A DNA stretch of 64,000 nucleotides, from assembly GCA_013334575.1 (NCBI GenBank), contig JAAXXG010000001.1, positions 208,315 through 272,314 of the forward strand, given 5' to 3'. The translations under genes were made by a program, and so were the position numbers. Source of the stretch: Candidatus Moraniibacteriota bacterium (GTDB lineage Bacteria; Patescibacteriota; Minisyncoccia; Moranbacterales; UBA1568). Of the stretch, positions 1-8,991 are shown piece by piece (position 1 is the first letter of the stretch; the number at the start of each line of letters is the position of its first letter). The notes under the pieces were generated by a model, which made no database searches, was not told the origin of the DNA, and worked only from the letters and a program-made list of their open reading frames with translations.

Positions 1-76
1 CATGAAATCATGTTTTCCGCAACCGGAAGAACCCCACAGGAGAACAGGGTCTTCGAAACGGCCATCTGCCTTACGA

Positions 77-1366
77 CTATTGCGGTCGTTCGGAAAACGC
101 GACGGAAACATCTTTCGTCTCCCCCTTGTGGAAGATCTTCAGCGTAACGGTATCCCCGACACGATGACCGGCGACCATGTCGCCGACCGTATGATCGGAA
201 TCGATCCTGGTCCCGTCTATCTCGAGGATGATATCGTTCTCAACGATACCCGCCTTATCGGCAGGCGACCCCGGAATCACCGCCAAGTCAGACGCTTTGG
301 TGCCACGGACCACGATCGCCCCGTACGAATACGGCAGCCCGTTCTCCCGCGCGACGGATTCGTCGATTGCCGCATAACGGACCCCCAGGTACGGGACGGA
401 AATCCTTCCGGTCGCCTTCACTTCCTCGATCACTTGTTTCACCTGATCGATAGGGATCGCGAATCCGATATTTTCGGCGTTCGCAGCGACCGCGACGTTG
501 ATGCCGATAACGCTGCCGGAAAGATCGAGTAACGGCCCCCCGGAATTACCAGGGTTGATCGCCGCGTCCGTCTGTATGATATCCGAGAGTGTCTCCTCGC
601 CCAGTCCGTACCCGCTCCCGGCGGTCACGTCGCGATTAAGGCCGGAAATGATTCCACGGGAAACGGAATTCGGAAACTCTCCAAGCGGATTACCGATCGC
701 GATCGCGGTCTGCCCGACCTTGAGCTTCGAAGAATCGCCGAGCGGCAGCGCGGTGAATCCGGCACCGCCGATCCGAAGCACCGCGATATCCTTCGTAGGC
801 GACTTGGCGAGCACCTTCGCCGGATACTCATTGCCACCGGAAACAACGACCGTATATTCGGCCGAATCATCTTCGACCACATGCTTGTTGGTGACAACGA
901 GTCCGTCCGACGAAACGAAGAATCCCGTCCCACTCGCGACCGCCCGCTTCTGAACGCTTCCGCGATCGCCGTTCCCGTCCGGAGAACCGTTCCTTCCTGA
1001 ACCGATACCAAGCCGTCCGAAAAAGAACGGCAGATCGCCGAGACTTCCGATATTCGAGACCTCTTTCGAAGCGACCACCGACACCACGGCGCCAGACGAC
1101 CGCTCGACGATTCCGACAATGGTCTCGTCGTCACCGGAAAGCGCCTCCGACACGGGATCGATCTTTTCCTCCGGCATCTGTTCGATTCCCGGGAATAACA
1201 CTTTCCTCACCTGCCGCTCAATGGACGGTCCGGACATTCCCGCAAGCAAAGCGATCACGATGACTCCGAGAAGTCGCGCGGCGGATTTCAGGCGTGTGGC
1301 GGAATTTCCGACTTGCGAAACCTCATTATTCCCACCCCCATTCGCATCAGTCATTTCCCGTTCCAT
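77..1366 (-). CDS. htrA: HtrA/DegP-family trypsin-like serine protease with C-terminal PDZ domain
   Basis: 429 aa ORF. TNKHVV catalytic His region, D, and GNSGGPL serine motif. C-terminal PDZ-like segment. N-terminal TM/signal (LLGVIVIALLAG). Confidence 0.85.
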   Translation of the reverse strand: MEREMTDANGGGNNEVSQVGNSATRLKSAARLLGVIVIALLAGMSGPSIERQVRKVLFPGIEQMPEEKIDPVSEALSGDDETIVGIVERSSGAVVSVVASKEVSNIGSLGDLPFFFGRLGIGSGRNGSPDGNGDRGSVQKRAVASGTGFFVSSDGLVVTNKHVVEDDSAEYTVVVSGGNEYPAKVLAKSPTKDIAVLRIGGAGFTALPLGDSSKLKVGQTAIAIGNPLGEFPNSVSRGIISGLNRDVTAGSGYGLGEETLSDIIQTDAAINPGNSGGPLLDLSGSVIGINVAVAANAENIGFAIPIDQVKQVIEEVKATGRISVPYLGVRYAAIDESVARENGLPYSYGAIVVRGTKASDLAVIPGSPADKAGIVENDIILEIDGTRIDSDHTVGDMVAGHRVGDTVTLKIFHKGETKDVSVAFSERPQ

Positions 1367-1504
1367 ACGATATTCGTTAATGTGTTACAGATCATCGGCG
1401 GCACAGCGAAAAATCGCGCACAATACCCTTACGCGGACGGATACGAACCAAAGGAAAAAAAGTTTTCATGCGTACCCGACCCGTTTCACCGACCGAAGCC
1501 GACG

Positions 1505-2563
1505 TCAGAAAATGACCGAAGCGTCGCCTTCTGAATTCCTCGCGAGGTTCGCTTCGAACTCACGCATCGATCGATCCCGGAACTCGACACGTGCAGCGTC
1601 CCGGTCCCATTCGTACGACGGAGACAGCACTCGGACCGGCATCATGCGCATCTCATCGGCAAGCCAATCGCCGAACGTCTGTTTCGGAACGAAAATCTGC
1701 GCCAACTGGACAAGATCCTTCCCGCTCTCGGCTTTTCGATCCTTCACGAGAAGAATATGGAATCCGAGACCGCTTTCGACAACGTCGCCGGGCTTCCCGA
1801 CCGCCTGATTCCCTGCCGCATCGCGAAGCGAGACATCCAGATCGTCGTACGAGAACCACCCCATGTCACCGCCGTCCCGAGCGGTCCTTCCGTCCGAAAA
1901 CTCCTCGGCGACATCTGCAAAATCCCTCCCGTCACGGAGACGTTTTTCGGCATTCTCGGCTTTTGCTCTCGCATCGGAAAACCGGGAAGTATCGGATTCG
2001 AACCGCTTCCGAAGCTCCTCCTCATACAAGGCCGGCTTCACTACCTTCCCGGTAAATTCGGAGATGTTCCAACCGTACAGCGTTTTCAGCCGACGTTCGA
2101 CGTCCTGAACGTCGTTTCCTTCCGTATTAAGCTGGTCCGAGACGGCCTTCTCCACCTCGTCATCGGAGATCGCGATCCCTTCCCGACGAGCTATGCGCCG
2201 AATCGCCTCGTTCTCGATCGCCCGATTGATGATCTCGCGTTCACGGACCATGAGGCGTTTCTTCCCGTCTTCGGTCGTGAAATCGACACGAAGGCCGACG
2301 GACGAGAAATCCTGACTCTCATAAAAACGTCGCACCGATGCGAGGTCCTCCGCGACGCTCCGAAAGCTCGCCGCCGGACTAGCCCCGACGGTCGCCAACG
2401 GAAACGGAAGCCGATCGGAAACGAACGACGTTAACGCCCACGAACGAGGCGCGACATAACAGGAAAGAAGACCGATGACCAGGAGAACCAACACGGCGCT
2501 TCCCGTTCCCAGAAACCAGGAACCGACCCGAAACGACTCCCAGTATTCCCGGACACGCTCCAT
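1505..2563 (-). CDS. Parvulin-type peptidyl-prolyl cis-trans isomerase (SurA/PrsA-like), membrane anchored
   Basis: Parvulin signature (GWFSYDDL ... GFHILLV). N-terminal TM helix after proposed start MERVREYW (internal Met of the 398-aa ORF track entry). SurA-like N domain. Confidence 0.7.
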   Translation of the reverse strand: MERVREYWESFRVGSWFLGTGSAVLVLLVIGLLSCYVAPRSWALTSFVSDRLPFPLATVGASPAASFRSVAEDLASVRRFYESQDFSSVGLRVDFTTEDGKKRLMVREREIINRAIENEAIRRIARREGIAISDDEVEKAVSDQLNTEGNDVQDVERRLKTLYGWNISEFTGKVVKPALYEEELRKRFESDTSRFSDARAKAENAEKRLRDGRDFADVAEEFSDGRTARDGGDMGWFSYDDLDVSLRDAAGNQAVGKPGDVVESGLGFHILLVKDRKAESGKDLVQLAQIFVPKQTFGDWLADEMRMMPVRVLSPSYEWDRDAARVEFRDRSMREFEANLARNSEGDASVIF

Positions 2564-2615
2564 GAATTTTCGAGGAATCATACATTTTTTCGTTAAGCCC
2601 TGATAATGGATAATA

Positions 2616-3020
2616 CTATCGAAACGGTCGGTCCGCCACACCGAAATAAGCGAACCATTTCCGATAATTCGGCGTCGAATCCGAAAGACGATCTCCATCA
2701 TCGCGTACGCCCGAACCGTCCAATGTCTCGGACCCGAGCACGGAACCGGTATCGACGGAAACCACCTCCTCGTCCCCCTTCTTCATATCGAGTTTTTCCT
2801 TCGCTTCCCGCTCTTGGAACGGCTCCGTCGAATAGTACGCGATCTTTTCCTCGATGGTGCGGTTCTCGTTCCGGATCCTCTCGGCCTCCTGCCGCAGAGA
2901 GTCGACCTCGGACTCGATCCGCCTTGAACGTTGCATCTCCTTCCATCCGGAGGAAAGCATCGCAACGGTTCCCAATGCGAGCACGACGACCAGCAGTTTC
3001 GCGAACAAAGGTACCCGCAT
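2616..3020 (-). CDS. FtsB/DivIC-like septum formation initiator (TM + coiled coil)
   Basis: 134 aa with an N-terminal TM helix followed by a charged coiled-coil region (RIESEVDSLRQEAERIRNENRTIEEKIAYY). Confidence 0.45.
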   Translation of the reverse strand: MRVPLFAKLLVVVLALGTVAMLSSGWKEMQRSRRIESEVDSLRQEAERIRNENRTIEEKIAYYSTEPFQEREAKEKLDMKKGDEEVVSVDTGSVLGSETLDGSGVRDDGDRLSDSTPNYRKWFAYFGVADRPFR

Positions 3021-3035
3021 ATGCCAAAATCGCCG

Positions 3036-3149
3036 TTATCGGGAATAGAACACGGGTGCGAACAAGAACGCGACCATGGAGACGGCGACGATCGCGGAGG
3101 TGATTACCCAGAACAGGTAGAGCTTCTTGTGGCGCTTTCTGAACTCCAT
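3036..3149 (-). CDS. 37-aa small single-TM protein (MEFRKRHKKLYLFWVITSAIVAVSMVAFLFAPVFYSR), hypothetical
   Basis: Hand-translated minus-strand ORF below the 60-aa ORF-track cutoff. Basic N-terminus plus one hydrophobic helix. Sits in the gap between the T4CP-like gene and the ftsB-like gene. Confidence 0.25.
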   Translation of the reverse strand: MEFRKRHKKLYLFWVITSAIVAVSMVAFLFAPVFYSR

Positions 3150-3202
3150 ATGTTTCGCTCATGATACCAGAATTCCGACGTTTCCGGAACCCGGCCAAAA
3201 GA

Positions 3203-5278
3203 CTACGTCTCAGAAGAAGCGTCACCCCGGGACGGACGGTCCTGTCTCGTCGAACCGAGCAGATCGCGCACCGCGCCGAGGTCGGGCGCCGACCGCTCGC
3301 GGAGCGGACGGAACTTCTTCGGCGCGACAAGTGCTGCCCGGGAAAGCGAGATCGGAGCCTCTGCAGACACATAGCTTCTCGTTCCGGCCGGAGCCATCGG
3401 TCTTACGGGAGGCGCCGGGCGACGCGGCGCGACAGGACGGCTTGCGGACATCGTCGGCCGCTGACCCCCTTGCGGCCGCTCTTCCGGTTTCGCCTTCACG
3501 AGCGTGCGCTGATGATTCTTGAAACATTCCTTACAGTAAGTCGGACGTTTCCCGTCCGGCTGAAACGGGACGCGGATCTCCGACCCGCAGCTGTCGCAGA
3601 TCGCGGGATACATCGGACGGTCCTCGAAAGACGGCTTCGGGGGTTTGACGGGTTTCGTAGCCGCGGCAAGAAGCAGCTCCTCGTCCTCGTCCGGCACGAC
3701 GACCGGCTGCCGACGATGCAGCGGGACGGACTCCGTCACCTGTATCGGTTCTTCCGGCGACACTTTCTCGACCGCGTCTCGTCGACCGTCGTCATCCGAA
3801 ACGACGACGGAAGATGACATGGGAGAGAGCGGGGGCTCCGGCATCGCGACGGGAGCGGAGCTCATTACCGGAGCCACACGAGCAGGCGCCGACACGACCG
3901 GAGCCGAAACCGGAGACGGAGATACGGGCGCGGACACCTGTTCGGAAGGCAGGAGCCCCTTCTTCCGAAGCAGTTCGTTGCGTTCCTCTTCGGTCAGCAT
4001 TCCGCTCCACCGCCGTATCTTGTCCTCAACCTCCTTCTTCGAGGACGCATAGCGCTCACGCGAGATCCGGACGACCTTCTCCTCGTTTTCCCTCGTCTCC
4101 TCGAGTGAGATCGGCGGTAACACCGTCGCGGAGAACGCGTCTCCGGCGATGCCGTCGATCATGAGCTTGAGATAGATGTTGTACTTCGGCAGGTTCACGA
4201 TATCGTTCATCATGAAGACCGGCTCGAACTCCTTCTCGAGGACCTCGGCATCGGCAGCGCCGACGCGGAACGAGATAATCGTCCCGGCGTTTCCGAAGAT
4301 CGCGTCGGACACCTTCTCGTCGAGCTGCGCGATGTACTGGTTCGCAAGGATGAGATTGAGGTGGTATTTCCGGGCCTCGGAAAGGATGTTCGCGAAGGAT
4401 TCCGTCGCGAAGTTCTGGAACTCGTCGACGTAGAGGTAGAAGTCGTTTCGATCATCCTCGGGCATGTCGACACGCTCCATCGCGGCGAGCTGGATCTTCG
4501 TAATCATCATGGCCCCAATAAGGGCGCTCGCATCCTCGCCTATGCGCCCCTTCGAGAGGTTCATGATGAGGATCTTCCGGTTATCCATCACCTCGCGCAC
4601 GTCGAAGGACGACACCGTCTGACCGACGATGTTGCGGATGAGCGAGGTCGAGAGGAACTGACCGACCTTGTTCTGGATCGGCGAGATGACCTCCTGCAAC
4701 ACGCGGTCGTTCCATTTGGAGAATTCGTCCACCCAGAAAGCACGGACGACCGGATCGGAAACCTTGGCGACAACCCGTTCACGATAGTCCTTGTCGACCA
4801 GGATGCGAGTGACGCCGAGAAGCGTCGAACCGGGATACTCGAGCAGCGCGAGAATGGCGTTACGGAGGATGTACTCGAGCCGCGGACCCCACGAATCTGC
4901 CCAGAGCTTCTTGAACACGCCGACGAGACCCGATGCGACGAGATGCTGATACTCCGGATCGACCTTCTCCATCACGTTGAACGCGATCGGATACTCCTGG
5001 TCGGCCGGGTTGAAATAGATGACGTCGTTGATGCGTTCCGCGGGAATGGCCTTGATAAGCTTCTCGGCGGTATCGCCGTGCGGATCGATGAACGCGACGC
5101 CCTTCCCGTGCTTGATGTCCTGAATTGCCAGATTCTCGAGCAGGTTCGTCTTGCCCATACCGGTCTTGCCGATCACGTACATGTGACGGCGACGGTCGTC
5201 GGTCTTGATACCGAAAATCCGTTCCTGGTTCCGGAAGTTGGTCTTGGCGAAGAAACTGATTTCGTTCTGCTGCGGCAT
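3203..5278 (-). CDS. T4CP-like (TrwB/TraD/VirD4 family) P-loop ATPase with Pro-rich linker and C-terminal CxxC..CxxC zinc ribbon; no N-terminal TM anchor
   Basis: 691 aa. Walker A RRRHMYVIGKTGMGKTN followed by GVAFIDPHGD. Walker B FYLYVDEFQNF. Pattern closely resembles TrwB/TraD NTP-binding core. C-terminal AICDSCGSEIRVPFQPDGKRPTYCKECF. Low-complexity SAPV repeats. Confidence 0.75.
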   Translation of the reverse strand: MPQQNEISFFAKTNFRNQERIFGIKTDDRRRHMYVIGKTGMGKTNLLENLAIQDIKHGKGVAFIDPHGDTAEKLIKAIPAERINDVIYFNPADQEYPIAFNVMEKVDPEYQHLVASGLVGVFKKLWADSWGPRLEYILRNAILALLEYPGSTLLGVTRILVDKDYRERVVAKVSDPVVRAFWVDEFSKWNDRVLQEVISPIQNKVGQFLSTSLIRNIVGQTVSSFDVREVMDNRKILIMNLSKGRIGEDASALIGAMMITKIQLAAMERVDMPEDDRNDFYLYVDEFQNFATESFANILSEARKYHLNLILANQYIAQLDEKVSDAIFGNAGTIISFRVGAADAEVLEKEFEPVFMMNDIVNLPKYNIYLKLMIDGIAGDAFSATVLPPISLEETRENEEKVVRISRERYASSKKEVEDKIRRWSGMLTEEERNELLRKKGLLPSEQVSAPVSPSPVSAPVVSAPARVAPVMSSAPVAMPEPPLSPMSSSVVVSDDDGRRDAVEKVSPEEPIQVTESVPLHRRQPVVVPDEDEELLLAAATKPVKPPKPSFEDRPMYPAICDSCGSEIRVPFQPDGKRPTYCKECFKNHQRTLVKAKPEERPQGGQRPTMSASRPVAPRRPAPPVRPMAPAGTRSYVSAEAPISLSRAALVAPKKFRPLRERSAPDLGAVRDLLGSTRQDRPSRGDASSET

Positions 5279-5284
5279 AGGTTA

Positions 5285-6580
5285 TTAGTCCTCAAGAATA
5301 GGAAGGTTCGAAGGGGCCGACCCGCGCTTCGCTGAGACGCGAGTGAGCGCCGGCGCCATGACGGAAAGATCGGGCGGGTGAAAGATGGTCGCGAGCTCCT
5401 CGACGGAAAGCACGAACTGCTTGTCGGACGGGGTTCGGTCGCGGGTTCGGTACCGGGCATAGATACGACGCTGAAGAAAGCGCAGCCGCTCAGTCACGAA
5501 CAGATAGTCCGCCTGCGTCTTGGAAGCGCTCTCGGGCTTGAATCCGTTGAGGTTGTTATCCGAGAACTGCTTGAGGGCGCCGGTGAACATCGATACGAAC
5601 GTCTTCGTGAACCCCTCACGGAGCCCGAAATAGACCGCCCGCATCTTCACTCGGTACATCTGCTTCCCGATATTGCTCTCAAGCGCCTTCAACACCTCTT
5701 TCTCCCCCGGCGAAAGACGGAACTCGAGCGGCTGATCGCTTTTTTCCTCTTTCTTCGCCTTCTCGAATTCGGGAGTGGATACGAACGCCTTGAAGAGATT
5801 CCTGAGGATATCGGCGACATCTCCGAAAAACGCGGCGAGCGGTCCCTTCGATTCCTTCTTCGCCTTACCGAGGAAGACATCGATCGTCGCGCGACCCTTC
5901 TCCTTGTGCCAGCTATCCTTTTCGGGCGCGATGATAAGCTGCCACCAGAGATGCTGTCCCGGAGGAAGCTTCCCCATCAACTCTATGATGCTCGCCAGGG
6001 GATCGATCATCTTTCCGGTGACATCCTCCTCGAAGAACCGGTATGTCTTGATAGGATACAGATCCGGTTTCGTCAGCTCGAAATCCGAGCCCCACAGCTC
6101 GTACCGATCGTTCGGAATCATCTTCGGGGCGGACTCGACGTAATCGGGCACCTCGACGATTTCCAGATCGGGATACTGGGCGAAGAAGTTCGCCTCGACG
6201 AGGTTCCGGAAGACCGCCGGCGTCCGGACGTAGAAATGGACCGAACCGCCGTCGTTGGCGAATTCCAGACTGAACGCCGGAACAAACATGCCCTCGACGA
6301 ACGCCTCGTACGTATTATAGTTCTTGGCGACGCCGGCCATTCCCGAAAAGACCGACTCCATGAGTTTCGGACTTTTTTCAACCTCCCGAGGAGGGATGAT
6401 TTCGAGTAGGACGTACTTCACGCCGGATGCGTACAATCCCTGTGCGTGATCAAGCCAGATTTCGCGGAAAAGATGATAGAAGATCGGAGGAAGGACAAGA
6501 TACCACACCGCACCGAGAAGCGAGAACGCGTCTCCGACACTCCGATACAGGCTCGCGAAGGATGCAAGAAGGGCGTGCAT
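5285..6580 (-). CDS. Hypothetical membrane-anchored protein, co-transcribed with T4CP-like ATPase (7-nt gap)
   Basis: 431 aa. N-terminal hydrophobic segment (LLGAVWYLVLPPIFYHLF). Stop lies 7 nt before the ATPase start. No recognisable catalytic motifs. Confidence 0.6.
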   Translation of the reverse strand: MHALLASFASLYRSVGDAFSLLGAVWYLVLPPIFYHLFREIWLDHAQGLYASGVKYVLLEIIPPREVEKSPKLMESVFSGMAGVAKNYNTYEAFVEGMFVPAFSLEFANDGGSVHFYVRTPAVFRNLVEANFFAQYPDLEIVEVPDYVESAPKMIPNDRYELWGSDFELTKPDLYPIKTYRFFEEDVTGKMIDPLASIIELMGKLPPGQHLWWQLIIAPEKDSWHKEKGRATIDVFLGKAKKESKGPLAAFFGDVADILRNLFKAFVSTPEFEKAKKEEKSDQPLEFRLSPGEKEVLKALESNIGKQMYRVKMRAVYFGLREGFTKTFVSMFTGALKQFSDNNLNGFKPESASKTQADYLFVTERLRFLQRRIYARYRTRDRTPSDKQFVLSVEELATIFHPPDLSVMAPALTRVSAKRGSAPSNLPILED

Positions 6581-6676
6581 GGCGGTCGTGGCCGGGAGCC
6601 GCGTCGTTGCGCGTCAGCCGTCCGGATGTTTCGTTTATCTTTCCGTCTTCCTTATGTTCCGGACGATCGTCCGGAC

Positions 6677-7741
6677 CTACTTCACCTTCACAGTATACCT
6701 GTCTTTCCCGACCTTGCCAAAGAAGGAATTCAGATTGATGACGATGGTCGATCGCTTCACGGTCCGGACCTTGAGCACTTCGTCGATGATCGCTTCCCGC
6801 GACATCGGCGACTTGGAACGGGAAAGGATCGCGGTGATAACGTCGCGAACGGTCCCCTTCTCGTATCCCCACTCGGCCAACGCATACAGACCGCGTCCTA
6901 CGAGAACGAACTTCTTATCCTTGATAAGCTCGTTATGGACGGTCTGCGGATGCGTAACCCGACCACGCTTCTGGAGACCGGCCTCGTCGATCCGTTTCGC
7001 GATCTCCTTGAAATGCATCGGCTCTCCGTGCATACGGAGAACAAGATAGGCCTTCTCCCGCGTCCCCCGCGGGGAGATCTCCCCGGATTCGGCAAGTCCC
7101 CATCGGCCGAACGGATTCCGTCTCACTACGGAAGAGACCGCGAGGTATCCGAAGAACGTCTTACGATCGACGCCTACCCCCCGTTTCTTGGCAGCAGCGA
7201 AGAACTCGTCCTCGGTCAGCACGCCCTCGGCATCCTTCACGACGGCGACAGCTGCCGAATGAACGTTCTCCCACTCGCCGAACGGGAATCCGGCAACCGC
7301 ATACGCGCGGACCCGGTTCTTTCCCTCGCGTTCCTCGCGCACGTTCCTCACGCACTCAAGGAAAAAGGAAAGGGCTCCGGCCTCCGCCTTCGAACCGCCG
7401 GCAAGATCGGCAAACAGGTCATCGACCGTCACGATACCGGAACGGTCCCGAACCGCCTTTTCGATCCGCTCCGCGACAGCTACGAACCCAGGATCTTCGC
7501 GACGCTGCTTCACGGACGTGAACGCCCCGGCAAGAATCTGGCGGACGCGCTCCCTCGTGATGCCGTACGTCTTCCCAATCGCCTCAAGCGTCTTCGGTTT
7601 CGCGCCGGAAAGTCCGAAACGGGCACGGACAATATCGTTCGTCCGAGGCAAAAACGACGCGGAAAATATCCCGAGAGCATCCGAAAACGGAGCATCCCCC
7701 TTCTCTGCCGCGGCAACGGCGCGGGATTTGACATTTGCCAT
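6677..7741 (-). CDS. DNA-binding protein with sigma-70 region-4-like HTH (N-term) and HARE-HTH/winged helix (C-term)
   Basis: TLEAIGKTYGITRERVRQIL resembles sigma70 r4.2. C-terminal HFKEIAKRID...KFVLVGRGLYALAEWGY matches the RpoE-delta/HARE-HTH pattern. Confidence 0.6.
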   Translation of the reverse strand: MANVKSRAVAAAEKGDAPFSDALGIFSASFLPRTNDIVRARFGLSGAKPKTLEAIGKTYGITRERVRQILAGAFTSVKQRREDPGFVAVAERIEKAVRDRSGIVTVDDLFADLAGGSKAEAGALSFFLECVRNVREEREGKNRVRAYAVAGFPFGEWENVHSAAVAVVKDAEGVLTEDEFFAAAKKRGVGVDRKTFFGYLAVSSVVRRNPFGRWGLAESGEISPRGTREKAYLVLRMHGEPMHFKEIAKRIDEAGLQKRGRVTHPQTVHNELIKDKKFVLVGRGLYALAEWGYEKGTVRDVITAILSRSKSPMSREAIIDEVLKVRTVKRSTIVINLNSFFGKVGKDRYTVKVK

Positions 7742-8104
7742 ACGTGATATCGATTACACTCGAAGCGTTATCGCGACCCGCCAAATCCTCCATCGGTACG
7801 GCGGCAGCTGAAAGCGCTTCGAAGCGGCCAGTTACTACTAATATTACTATCGCATATTATAATACTTTGTCAAGTATCTGGTTATCAAAGGACGGAACGA
7901 TGGAAATTCGAGTCGGTTTCCTCGTCCGTCCGAATCCACGAATATGGAGCGCCGAGTGGGCTGGATCGACAGACCTCGGCAACGGTATAACAGGTACCCC
8001 TTGTCGACCGATTCCGATTCACGTATACTTAAGACAATATAAACAGTAGGAGGACGAGTCGCATCCGAAAAAAACGGAGAGCGATCGTACCACGAAAAGA
8101 AACT

Positions 8105-8956
8105 ATGAACACGGGGGATTATACCGACGACATCTCTCATGCCGCCGCCGATACGGCCATCAAGGTACAGGCGCTGCGCGACATGATCATGAACGCGGAA
8201 CGCACCATACAGGGAGCCAAGGCTATGCTCCTGCAGATCGAAGGAAAGAAGAAGACCGGCCGGCCGCGCAAGATCGAGGCCGGAGCGGATGAAGGCACCG
8301 TCGTTCAGGGAACGTTCGACGGCCAATCCATGCAGGGAGCGGACGGAAAACAGTATCCCGTCCCGGCAAACTACGCTTCGAAGTCGAAGCTCGTGGAAGG
8401 CGACATGCTCAAACTGACCATTACCCGGGACGGTTCGTTCATCTACAAGCAGATCGGTCCGGTGGAACGGAGGCACGTGATCGGGATCGTGACGCAGGAC
8501 GAACACGGAAACTTCGTCATCGTCGCCGACGGTCGCGGGTATCGCGTCCTGCTCGCTTCGGTAACCTATTTCAAGCTCGAACCGGGCGACGAGGTCGCCA
8601 TCCTGCTTCCGCGGGATCTTCAGGCGTCGTTCGCCGCCATCGAACACGTGCTTCAGAAGGGAGCGCTCGTTCCGGAAGAAACGCTCGATGCCGCCAGAAA
8701 CGCTACAAGCGCCGGAACCGCACGGATGGATACCTGGAAACAGGAACTCGGGCATCAGACCGAACCGGAAAGGACTGAAACCGTGCCGGAAACACCGACA
8801 ACACAGGTTCCCGTAAACGCGAACGAATCTTCGGACACGGGAGGCATCCTTGAAGAATGGATTCGCGAGATGGAGGCACTCGAAAAGGAGATCGCAGCCG
8901 AGGAAAATCGCACCGTGGATCAGGCGAATCAGAATATGCCCGCAAGCGGCCAGTAA
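8105..8956 (+). CDS. Hypothetical protein (283 aa), no recognisable domain
   Basis: Long ORF with own upstream AT-rich promoter-like region and AGGAGG-like RBS. Acidic Thr/Glu-rich C-terminus. Confidence 0.55.
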   Translation: MNTGDYTDDISHAAADTAIKVQALRDMIMNAERTIQGAKAMLLQIEGKKKTGRPRKIEAGADEGTVVQGTFDGQSMQGADGKQYPVPANYASKSKLVEGDMLKLTITRDGSFIYKQIGPVERRHVIGIVTQDEHGNFVIVADGRGYRVLLASVTYFKLEPGDEVAILLPRDLQASFAAIEHVLQKGALVPEETLDAARNATSAGTARMDTWKQELGHQTEPERTETVPETPTTQVPVNANESSDTGGILEEWIREMEALEKEIAAEENRTVDQANQNMPASGQ

Positions 8957-8991
8957 CATTGAAAATCCTTATCCGATACCGCTGATCTCAT

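Noticed and set aside
4361-5335. Long antisense ORFs inside well-supported genes, including:
- 4361-5335 +
- 19696-20655 +
- 28409-29524 +
- 33157-34356 +
- 38842-40023 +
- 40792-41946 +
- 42106-43308 +
- 53267-54667 +
- 57801-60122 +
- 2-532 +
   Set aside because: Typical stop-codon-poor antisense frames of high-GC coding DNA. Each overlaps a gene with clear conserved motifs on the opposite strand, and their translations are low-complexity Arg/Pro/Asp-rich.
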